This document shows positions 53,288-64,000 of a stretch of DNA of 64,000 nucleotides, in pieces. Every line of letters starts with the position of its first letter. Positions within the stretch are counted from its first letter, which is position 1. Position numbers and translations under genes: made by a program. Where the stretch lies: NCBI GenBank assembly GCA_002633005.1, contig NMRA01000268.1, positions 68,585 through 132,584 of the forward strand. Reading direction: 5' to 3'. The notes beneath the pieces are model-generated. The model worked only from the letters and a program-made list of their open reading frames with translations, made no database searches and was not told the DNA's origin. Source of the stretch: Phoronis australis. Taxonomy: Eukaryota; Animalia; Phoronida.

Positions 53288-53964
53288 TACCTGGGTCGAC
53301 CGCACAATAGCGTAACACAACCACATTAGTATTTATTAACGTAAACGCCTACCATTTTGTGACACATAAATTTCTAAAAAAAAAAATTCCTTGCTTCTAT
53401 TAAAGTGTTTTGTATATATGTGAAACACGCTTCTAATTCCAGCGGCACTAACTGGCGGTTTGGTGATGAAATGTCTGCCAGTGACTTTTATGACGAAGTT
53501 TGGGCCCACAAATAGAAATAGGAACACAAATTCATATTTTCAAAAAATGCAGGCTTTCGATTTTTCCGATTCAGGTAACCACGCGGAAAATTGAGCACTT
53601 TTACAAAATTATGGATTTGGATTAATCGGTGTGCTGCGATAACGGTTATTACATACCCATTGTATGCTCACGGCTGTGGAGCTGACTAGGGTTGCTGTAA
53701 GAACACTGGGCGGATGTTTTGGTTCAGTGACTCTTGGACCGATTGAGTTTTGTAAGCATTGATTCTTAGAATTTAAGCTTTTTTTGTTGGATTTGACATC
53801 AGTTCACTTTTCACTCTTGCCGCTGTTGTTATCAAAAATAATTTTAGTGTGTGTCGTTTTTTGTTTATGTTCAGCCTGAGTATAGGATCATACGCAAAGA
53901 CGTGATCTGCTCTTGAGGGAATTTGTTCCTCTGGTGCCTTCAGTAGAGGGCGCTTTCATATATA

Positions 53965-54310
53965 TTTTGTACAAAGCATATGGAGATAATGGGAAACTTG
54001 TAGAAGCGCGTGCTGGCGAACATGGCTCTTCACAGTAGAAGTTAGGTGTAGGGGTTTTCCTGCACCGTCCTCATGGCAAATATTCCAGGCTCTCGGTTTT
54101 CGAGTAAAGAAAAGGAAGACAGCTATTCGCAGATTATGTGAGGAAGCAGAGAAATCATCATGTTGGCTGTGATACAGGAGATCAGAACCAGCTCGGAGGT
54201 CGTCTTTCCATAGGCAGTGATCAGCCACCACTGTGGGCCCGTCAGTAGAGCTAGTTATAGATTTAGGGCCGAAACTTTGGTGGAAGCTGCGTATCTATCT
54301 GATGATGTCG
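53965..54310 (+). mobile_element. 3' relic of RLE-type (HERO-like) non-LTR retrotransposon
   Basis: Translates to WLFTVEVRCRGFPAPSSWQIFQALG..RKTAIRRLCEEAEKSSCWL, resembling the PVEVGCRGF..AERASCWLW end of HERO proteins. Confidence 0.55.
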
Positions 54311-55853
54311 ACATGACTGAATTAGCAACGAACAATAACCGCCAATCGACCAAGTCCAGAAGAATCAACCAAGGCACAATGGAGCCAGCAACAACGTTGT
54401 ATCTGGAGGTGGGGAGTCTTTTCATCATTGATTGACGTCCTGCAGTTTACATTGTATGTTACTTATGGCAATCAGTTCTCACGTCTCGTTAGCGCGTGAT
54501 GTTAATAGCGGAGAAATGTACGTGCGGTTAAGAGGACAGATTAAAGACCATGCCAGTCAGTCGGGGTAGGCTGACGTGGGCACAATATTGTTACAAAGAC
54601 CACTTGTGTCTGATTTTGACCTTATGACTGATCTGGGTCACCGAAAGCCCTTGTAGTGAACAGCTGTCTCAGGACACTTGTAGTGAAAAGGGCATTACTG
54701 ACAGAATGTACGCTCGATGGTGTTTCTCGAAGTTCAAGAAATTCAACAAAGCCTTGTCTTTTTACCTTGCTACGTCCATCGAAAAATTTTAGACGCCAAA
54801 AAATGGCCAAAAAATCGAGATTTTGGCTTTCTTATCACAAATTCACGACTGCATGCTCCTGTGCAGTAGAGGAGACCATAAATGCATCCGAATGTAATTT
54901 CACTCTAGATTGCAAAAATTTATGTTAAAATATGCCATTACCAAGCACATTTTGACAGTTTCCATTTGTCTGAAGAGTACCTGGACTCGCACCCATAATT
55001 CAACACTGAACAAGCACTACTATGAAAATTGTGGCACTTCCGTATCCGGGTAGACAAGAGCAAAGGCCAAATTTTTGGACGCTGTTTACTCAAAACAACT
55101 TAAACTAACCGCTGAATACCATTCGTGGCCATCACGCCCCATTTAGCCTGCAAAACTGTCGTCAAACCTGACTCATTCCATTTTTGTTCATTTTTGGTGG
55201 GAGCTACAAAGACATAGAGACCTGAACCGTGGCCTTAGACCCTGTGTTGTCGGTACCATCGCAACAGATGCACCACTTCCTGGCTATGGTTCAGTTGTTG
55301 ATGATGATGTTAGCGCTAATGACAGTTTTTAGCGAAGACGTTTCTCCGCATCAATTACCTTGAGTCGTTGGCTAGTTACAAGGGTCTGTGATCATTTTGC
55401 ACGAATCCTAGAAATCCTATGTTGGATTTTTGCCTGACAACACCTCAGCCTGCTGCATATATTATCAACATGTGTGGCTTAAGATCCAGTGAGTTGAATA
55501 GGATCAACCAACGGGAATGTCATCCAACTGAACGATTTCCGAGTCCTACAGATTGGAGTAGCTAAGATGTTTGATAGTTTATGGTTAAAGGCGAAGACAA
55601 CCTTTTTCCATGTCATTTTGAGCTAAAATAAGGTTGGTTGGTTATCCTAGACATATTTTTCACTTAATTACAGCTTTTCGTAATTTCATTAATTATTCGT
55701 CCGCTTTTCCGGAAGTGACGTTTTAGGAGGCAAGTGCTTCCCGCCAATTTCTTTTCACATAGTCTGACTGTGAGAGCTGCCAAGTCAGTCATTGTTCTAC
55801 CTCGGTTGTGTTAAGTTCCGTCGTCGTTCGCTTTCATTTACTAGTCAGTCAAC

Positions 55854-56922
55854 ATGCCACACTGTTGCTGCGGACCGGGATGTAGTAATTATCGGCTCAC
55901 GCGCTTTTTGGGAGTGCCTTTGCATCGCTCTCCGATGGATGACACACTTCGCCGTACTTGGGTCGTTCGTGTGAAGAACGCAGCGTTACCCGTCCACGCA
56001 ACGTACAAAGCAGTGGAGAATTACCGTGTGTGTGGCAAGCACTTTCTGCCGTCCGATTACGAAAGGGATTTGTACGCTGAACTGATGAAGGTCCCCGCGA
56101 AACAACGCTTGAAGGATGCCATTCCGTCTGTGTTGATTCCCGGCAGTGCCCCGTCGCCACCCCCGAGAAGTGCGTTTTTGAAGCGAGAAGCCTCGCGAGC
56201 TGTGGCCAGTACAGTGACTGGAGCCAGTGGAGGCACTTCATCTACTGTCACCCGTGCCTCCGAACGTACCCCAGAGCGTGCAATTCCTGGAACCAGTAGT
56301 GATTCGCCCTGTGCTGTTTTCTCCAGCCCAGAGCCTCTAAGCAGCCCTGCAGCGATATTGAGTAGTGGGAGTGATTACAGGCCCAGTTCGACACCCAGTG
56401 AAGAGGACAGTTCGTCGTCCAGTGAACAGATCGGTGAGCCAAACTTTGATAAGTTTATTGTGGACTTGTCTAAAGTGTTGGAGCTATTTAGAAGGTGCCA
56501 GGTGTGTGGCGAGGGAGTCACACGACACAATGTAAGCAGTTTGGGTGCTCAGGTCACCATCCAGTGGGAGTGTGTCACGGGACACTCTGGCAAGTGGGAC
56601 AGTTGTTCCTCTGTCCGTGGTATGCCGGAGGTCCACTTAACCATGTCCAGTGGTGTGCTCTTCACTGGAAACACGTTTCAGTCGGTGAAGACAATGATGG
56701 ACTTTGGAAAAGTCAAGTTTTTTTTCGAAAACAACATTCAACAACATTCAGAATTCCTATTTAATACCAGTTGTCAATGACGCATACATGTCACAACATC
56801 TCGAGTTGGTGGCGGAATTCATGGAGAAGGAGAACTTGTCTGACTCACCAGGGCGGTCCGCCAAGTATACCACATACACTCTAATGGAGGAAGAGACCAA
56901 AAAGATAATTGATGTGGAACTC
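55854..56922 (+). pseudogene. Truncated THAP-domain Kolobok transposase (open for 308 codons, then frameshift)
   Basis: THAP signature C-x4-C..W..CGKHF..AIPS; Ser-rich linker; CQVCG..C..GH motif; frameshift in the T-run near 56718; continues in another frame to DSPGRSAKYTTYTLM and is cut off at about 56922. Confidence 0.85.
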
Positions 56923-57192
56923 GGAACAGCACAAGCATTCAATTGAGGTAGGCATAACAACGCACACAGTGCATTTGCACCAAGATGTGTCACCACGTCT
57001 GTCTTCAGTAGCCGCCTCGTTTCTCTCAACAGCTGCCTGTGCCTGTGTGTACTCTGCCTCGTTGTACTCGGGCTCAAACATGTACCCACCCACTGAATGT
57101 CCGTGAAAAAATTCCTCGTCACCACTGCTGTGAACAAGGTCTCCGTCACTCACACTACTGTCACTGTGATACGGGTCACCGACTCCAGCCAT
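56920..57192 (-). pseudogene. Truncated KolX-like accessory protein with P2X7-ballast-like Cys cluster
   Basis: ATG at 57192: acidic N-terminus, YMFEPEY, then WCKCTVCVVMPTSIECLCCSE, cut at the deletion junction. Confidence 0.75.
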
Positions 57193-58751
57193 TTTCAGCT
57201 TACAACACACTAAACAATCCCTAAATCCAACGCAGTTGAGTTCTCTACTAACATATCTTGCCGCAGAATGCCGATGGAAAGTGGTGGCGACAATTGGTGA
57301 ATAACAGCACAAAACAAAAGTAGAATAGAACAGATTCGCACAGTAAGCTCAACGCAAAACCAAGTGGCGGGAAGCGCTTGCCTCCTAAAACGTCACTTCC
57401 GGAAAAGCGGACGAGTAATTAATGAAATTACGAAAAGCTGTAATTAAGTGAAAAATATGTCTAGGATAACCAACCAACCTTATTTTAGCTCAAAATGACA
57501 TGGAAAAAGGTTGCCTTCGCCTTTAATTGATTGAAGGTATCCCTACAGAGGGCGATAGTGTTGTTGCCTCTTCTTCATTCTTAGTCCTTTTAATTAGCAA
57601 CAGGTTTCACTTGTATTAATTAGTGGTTATTATATAATCAATTAATTACTGGATTTAATCGTTCTATCTCCATCCTCGTACAATCACAAAGCATGGCTAC
57701 CTTTTAAACTAAACCCACAGACAATATCCCATGCCATATGACGGGTGTCTCAAGTCCGAGTATGCAATATTGTTTGATGTTATTTATATTTTTGATGACA
57801 CGTTGGTGTAGATTTGTAAGGATTTCTATTGTATTGGAAGCAAAAATATAATATTACTAACTATTCTTGTCTGTTTTTAAGTGACATTTAGTGATATCAA
57901 TACTTAGCATATATACATCTTATTGTGTACATTTTCAACATACTACGTTTCAATTATTGTGATAAAAATTGTAAACGATTGTATAAAGATCATGATGCAA
58001 CCAACTGAATTGTTTAATATCCATTACATTCTTTAAACCTTCATAGAATCAGTTTTGCAAGTCTTGTTGAATGTGAGATGACTGTGTTTTCATTTTTAAT
58101 CTGGGCCCATCATGCCTTTCAACATGAACAACCATTACATGAATTTGTCATTTATATTAAATACTCGCATTATCCTCATTATCCACCGAGTAGAGACAGC
58201 TGATTTCCATATTTTTGTTTTGCATCTAGCACAAACCTAATCAAGTGAAAATAGTTGAGCGCGGTCTACTTTTCTTATCAGTCAAGCAGCTGAAGTCAAC
58301 TTAATTTACTTTAGGATGAAACTCAACATACAGTAAGCGGTCCACCATTAATCCCTGCCAATGTCTTTGAAAAGGGTTAATATTTCAATGTTCTGGAAGT
58401 GTACCTCTAATGATATTTATTTTCGTGTTCAATAATCCAAGTAGTGAATTTATGACCCATTATAACTGCAAGGATAATTTTATTTTTAAAGGCGAAAAAT
58501 TTTATGTGCTGCAAGTGAAGCATGGCTCTTGCATTTTTGTATTCAAGAAACGATATTGAAATGTTTGAAATGAAGACGGTTTTTCGTGTGTCCATAACTG
58601 CAAGATGTTCTTTCAGGTTTACTTTAGTTTAAGCCCCATAAATGGAAATATATCAATAGATTGTCTTACAGTTTGGCATCGATCATCTTAAATTCACCTC
58701 TTGAATTTTTGATAGTGTACCACAAAGTAAATGAAATCAAAATAGCATTAA

Positions 58752-60583
58752 AGGAGAGTGCCACCCACAAAACAACCTAGTTTGTATCAGTTTAGATCGA
58801 GTAGCAACAAGTACAGCTCTTTTACCTGACTGCAGACGGATGTGTTGAAATTAACCAATGATGTCAGAGGTTGGAATGCAGTCTGTTCAGTAGTTCACAA
58901 CACGCTTACTGGTGTCAGCTTATCGCTTTAACTCATCGTTTTACACCAATAAACTAGCAAAATTCGATGTAAAACCCTTATAAATACATCGAGTTATTGA
59001 ACAAACGTGTTATTTCATTCCGCTGTTATGGATTTTCAGGTATTTGAACGTACCGTATCCTACAAAGTTCGGTAGGCCAATTAATTTACCAAGGTCGGTG
59101 GCGGAGGTTTGAGGTCTGTACAGTTATAAATTCAAATTATTCATCCGTGAAATACAGACAGGAGAACATTGCTATTTGTTGTAATTTTAGACTTGGGATT
59201 TTTTTTTCAGTTCTAAAAGCACAAAACGCTTGCTCTCCCGGCCAGTGGCTCGGAAGCCGGACAGGCCCATTGCGGCCGGACTGAAGACATCACGAACACA
59301 AACCAGCCAAAGTTGGAAACTAAACTTCCAGTTAAGAAAAGACTATGCAAGTGAGCCAAAGAAAAAACTGCACGTGGTTATTTTGGTGAGTTAGCCACGA
59401 GACTGCAAATCTACTTACTAGCTCGTCGGGGGCCGCGAAGTTAGGTTACCCTTACACAGAACCGTCAGGGCAAAAGTTGTACAGTAACCATGATTCGAAT
59501 AATGTATATGAATATCTAACCATAGGATATAAAATCGGGTTATTGTTTCACAACAGCTTTCTGTCAGCAAACACCGTACGTATTAACATGCGCTCACGCG
59601 GTCTCGGTGCCTGGTCAATTAGTTCATGGCATCTAAAGCCGGTAATGCAGTGATTTATTTATTACTGGCTTCTCAAAACATTTGCACTCATGAACACTCC
59701 AAATTGTATATTATGAGAAAGATTTTGTTTCAGTTTTATATAAGCATTGGTTAGGGTGAGAATAATTCATTTTGAAACAGAACGCACAATAGTAAACGTC
59801 AACGTGGCAACTCGCAATCCCGACTTAGACTTCACAGGTCGATCGTCAGTTTATCAGTTCGAACCGGAATACACTGATCAAGAAATAATAGAGAGGTTCC
59901 GTGAACGTACACAGACAACGGAACATTTGGATAGTTCCAAACACCGTTTGAATGACTTGTCATGGTGTCAGTGAGCTATTTGCACGATAATGGAAACGAC
60001 TGACGCTTCCGTTTGCTGCCACGAAATTCCGCAAGTGAGACGCCTTCTTGGAGAAGCGCAGATGTGTCTCACGGACCATCCTGATTTTGCACCCCATCTA
60101 AACATACGAGTGCTCACGACGTTTTTATAGAGCTGTGAAAAACAATTGGCGAAAACATCATACACCCAGAGGACCAAACATACGCCTCACAAACGAGTCA
60201 GTCATCAAACAGGTTATACAAATCGTTATGTTCTCACGCCTTGAACTAATTGTAATTGTTTATGTTTTTATGGCCAACTACAATTCAGCATAGTCAAAAA
60301 CTGATCAACAACCGATCCAACGAAATGCAGGCCACTGACAGACACGGAGAAGATTCACGGCCTCATTCTCCGTATTAACGGCGTATTTTTCATTCTTCCT
60401 TACCGCGAGCCACTTCCGAAGTATTATGGGCTCTCGAGGAAATCAAAAAACGATATACCCGCTTTCCCCGCAGCTCCGTAGTTAGCACACAAGCGGGAAC
60501 GATACACGTGCCACGCCATGGCGGCACTCACTCTGCAGAATAATCACTGACGTCGCTACGTCGTTTGCTCACATTCTTTACAT
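58752..60583 (-). mobile_element. Kolobok-type element, family B, copy 1 (THAP relic on minus, KolX relic on plus), THAP-side end lost
   Basis: TTAA|AGGAGAGTGCCACCC terminus at 58752; reverse-complement homolog of 61353-62662; KolX relic about 59845-60130 (YQFEPEY..WCQ*AIC..CCHE..CLTDHPDF); degenerate THAP about 60320-60520. Confidence 0.8.
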
Positions 60584-60585
60584 GA

Positions 60586-60844
60586 CAGAATTACTGGGAC
60601 TTTGTGCGTTGCTCGTTACTACAGGCCTCAGCTCATCATTATTTTACTCTATTTTATCTTATTTATTCACCAAATTGTACATATTAACTAATTTTATACA
60701 AATTTATTTTATTTGTTATCTTGTTGTCTGTATTTTACTTCATGTAAACTAATTATTTCCAACTGGGCCCAATTGAAACTCAGTGTATTCAGTGAAGTGG
60801 TCAACCAGTCTTTTAAAGAAGTTTAAATAAATAAATAAATAAAT
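60586..60844 (+). mobile_element. LINE/SINE 3' tail with (TAAA)n, interrupting Kolobok B copy 1
   Basis: T-rich UTR ending in aaataaataaataaataaat; starts where the Kolobok homology stops. Confidence 0.5.
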
Positions 60845-61352
60845 GGGTCCATACAGTATATTTACTCTGAGAACTAAGATTTTACAGGAAATAGCGACCT
60901 AATATTGAGTATATTTACACAGTCGTCTGATCGCAGCGTTCTTCAACTCTACATCGCCAGTATCGTAAATTCTGCTTGTTACGGTACAGTCCTTATCTCA
61001 AGTTCTGCAAATCAGCTCAGTTTCCACCGTTATTTTCCAATGTTGTGATCAACATGGGGAAATGTTTCAGTTACTATTTATATTCCAGACGCTAAGACAC
61101 GAAAATAGACCAAGAAAACTTAGAAATCCATAGAAGTAAAACGACACACTGCTGCACAACTGTTCAGTTAATGTTTCAATTTTTACATTACCTGATGGAC
61201 TGTTTCTATTTTTCCGACAAACTTTTAACTTTATTGAACGGTTCAGTGTTTTAACTTGTATATATATGTATATTTCACAAACTGAAAATTCTTATTGTGA
61301 AATAAAACATTACTGGTTATTCAACACTTTCACAGGTAATTGTGTCGTTTAA

Positions 61353-62662
61353 AGGAGAATGCCACCCGATTTAATTACTCTTTTTTACCGTCTTAATCGG
61401 TCTATATCCACATCACGTCTTATACGGTCGACCTCACCTTGCCGATAGGTGTCGCGTTAAACCTATGAGGAAGGTGAGAAACGACGCAGCAACGTCAGTG
61501 GTTCATCTGCAGAGTGAATGCCACTATATTGCAGTGCATCGTTCCCACTTGTCCGAACTATGAAGCTGCGAAGAAATCGGGTATATTGTTTTTTCGACTT
61601 CCTCGAGAGCCCGAAATGCTTAGGAAGTGGCTCGCGGTAGTGAAGAATGAAAAGTACGACGTTAATAGCAAGTATGAGGCCGTGAAATATCTCCGTGTCT
61701 GTGGCCGGCATTTCGTCGACAGTGATTTCTCTGGCGAATTCCGGCTTACCAAAGAACTGTCCATACGTTCCGTTATTCTAAGTTCCGTTTCAAAATGAAT
61801 TATTCTCACCCTAAGCAATGCTTATATAAAACTGAAACAAAGTCTGTCTCCTTAGATACAGTTTGTAATGCCTTTGGAGTATTCGTGAGTGCAACTGTTT
61901 TGAGAAGCTAGCAATGAATAAACCACGGCGTTACCGGCTTTAGATGCAATGAACTAATTGACTGGGCACCGAGGCCGTGTAAGCGCATGCCAATTCAATG
62001 TTTGCTGACAGAAAGCTGTTGTGAAACAATAACTCGATTTTATATCCTATGGTCAGATGTTACGGGAATCTTTATTTAGATATTCATATACATAATTCGA
62101 ATCATTGTTACTGTACAACTTTTGCTCTAACGGTTCTGTGGAAGGGTAATCGCGGCCCCCGATGAGCTCTTACATGTAAGTAGATTTGCAGTTTCGCGGC
62201 TAATGCATCAGAATAACCAGGTGCACATTTTTTCCTTGACTCACTAGTATAGTTTTTCGTGACTGGGAGTTTTGCTGGTTGGTTTATGTTCGTGATGTCT
62301 TCAGTTCGGCTGCGATGGGCCTGATAGGGTTCCGAGCCACTGGCCGGGATAGCAAGCGTTTTGTGTGTTTAGCTATGTTCTGCTGTCTGTATTTCACGGA
62401 CAAATAATTTGAATTTATCACTGGCCGGGATAGCAAGCGTTTTGTGTGTTTAGCTATGTTCTACTGTCTGTATTTCACGGACAAATAATTTCATCACCGT
62501 GTTGTGAACTGCTGAACAGACTGCATTTGAACCTCTGACGTCATTGGTTAATTTCAACACCTCCGTATGTCGTCAGGTAAAAGAGCTGTTCTTGCTGTTA
62601 TCAAGTGAAACTACTCGATCTAAATTGATACAAACTTTGTTGTTTTTGGGTGGCATTCTCCT
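61353..62662 (+). mobile_element. Kolobok-type element, family B, copy 2, complete ends, internally deleted (1310 bp)
   Basis: TTAA|AGGAGAATGCCACCC ... GGGTGGCATTCTCCT|TTAA (15-bp TIR); THAP relic 61514-61798 (CIVPTC..FFRLP..W..RVCGRHF); internal tandem duplication of about 70 bp at 62339-62490. Confidence 0.85.
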
Positions 62663-64000
62663 TTAAAGTGAATAAAATGGTTATGGATTGCATCATGTTC
62701 AACGTAGCTGAAAGCACAAACGATGTCAATGAAAGTAGTACTACCTAGAGTTAATTTTGTTAAACACAACCTGTTCAAGTTGTCTGAAAATACGATGAAG
62801 AGGTGTCTCTTTATATATACTTAAATGAATACACGAGTAGATTTCAGTGAGTTACGTAAACACATCTATTGGCAAAATTTTCATTTATATACACAAAACG
62901 TACCGAGAGTGGCGTACATGAAGTAACATCCCACGAGACATTATTCCGCGGTCTCGGTCGATACGCGGAATAAGGTCGAGTGGAATACTACTTCATGTAC
63001 TCCAATCGAGGTATGTTTTGTATTTATCTCATGCGCTTCGAATACCTAAGTTTCTTACATTTTTCGGCAGATTTTTCAAATACTTCACCCAGACTGTTCA
63101 CATGGCGGATCACATCCTATATGTATAGTCCGATTACCTCTCGTCGTCAGTCTCCAAAGGTCGTCCGCCATCTTGTTTCGCGTGCAGCGCTGCCACGCGG
63201 GACCTAGCGTTCCAATTTGGAACGCTCGTCTGCACGTTAGGTACTAACCTCTCGGGAGAAACACGCGTGGAAGAACTGAGACTAAAATTAATGCATTTAC
63301 CGACTGTTTTTTTGAGACCACTTAAAAACTTGTTGATTTTACTAATGCACTTTTTTGTTCATTTTCAGAAGATATTTTCGAAATTAAATTTTCTTCAGAC
63401 GGAACAAAAAGCAACCCAGGGATTGTTTATGCAATGTATCTATTTGTCCCAGGCACTAACCGACATCTGTTAGGCCAAAGGAAAAACGCAGCAGACAAAT
63501 GGAACACGCTGGGTGCTTAACAGTTTCGGCCCACGCCTTGGTCATCAAAATATTGTTCACTTGTTTTTTTATTGCAAAACACAGTACTGAACTCAACATT
63601 TATGTTGAAAATTTTGGTTAAAGCATTTTGAATTTATTTGAAGAAAATTAAAATACTTGAATTGATAGAGAATGGCCACCAATAAAGTAAAACATTGACT
63701 TTATTTCACTATATTGCATTTGTTACATACAACACAGCATGACATAATCAAAAATAAAAGAAGAGATTGAGCAATAAAATTCAAATGCAACTTGGGTATT
63801 TATTTATTTATTTATGAATGCAGAAGCCTGTTAAAGATGAGAAAAAATCAAACAATACAATTATGGGTAATTTATTAGAACAATTGTATCGAGGTTCAAT
63901 GATCAACTTCCGCCTACCAAGTCTCAAAGGCTTACAGTTCTGTTTTGGCTGACAAGGTGTTAACAGAGAATGAAGAGAAACTGAAAAGAAAAAGAAGGAC

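Larger units (their letters stand above)
55589..57522 (+). mobile_element. Kolobok-type DNA transposon, family A, internally deleted (1934 bp, 158-bp TIRs, TTAA TSD)
   Basis: TTAA at 55585-55588 and 57523-57526; termini AGG..CCT; near-perfect TIRs 55589-55746 and 57365-57522; THAP-transposase ORF and a convergent Cys-rich ORF inside. Confidence 0.88.

Noticed and set aside
54265-54315. GAAAC..CTGATGA in the HERO-like 3' UTR as a permuted hammerhead
   Set aside because: Required stems cannot be formed in this copy.
59972-59974. In-frame TGA at a conserved Cys of the KolX relic (selenocysteine?)
   Set aside because: The element is decayed elsewhere, family A has Cys here, no SECIS is evident, and a similar Cys-to-TGA change occurs in the RTE (22463); ordinary nonsense mutation.

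Overview
Eukaryotic (invertebrate metazoan, AT-rich, spliceosomal introns) genomic window. It holds two complete, divergently transcribed arylsulfatase B/I/J-like paralogs that I reconstructed exon by exon: gene 1 on the minus strand (7 coding exons, 24133-6920, 586 aa, CSPSR) and gene 2 on the plus strand (9 coding exons, 34004-49487, 575 aa, CTPTR). The rest is a dense transposon landscape: a young RTE LINE in an intron, several decayed LINEs (L2-like, RTEX-like, RNase H-bearing, HERO-like), three Helentron/HINE-like elements carrying internal satellite arrays, and MITEs/palindromes. The most notable part is a cluster of TTAA-targeting Kolobok-type DNA transposons at 55.6-62.7 kb. These pair a THAP-domain transposase gene with a convergent gene for a Cys-rich protein resembling the P2X7 receptor ballast domain, and one has 158-bp TIRs that each carry inward-facing ETS-CRE and E2F-like motifs. 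Other points of interest are tandem CLEAR/M-box motifs upstream of gene 2 and a near-identical 146-bp segment shared by non-equivalent introns of the two paralogs. No rRNA, tRNA or CRISPR was found. Family assignments come from motif recognition by eye; no database search was run.
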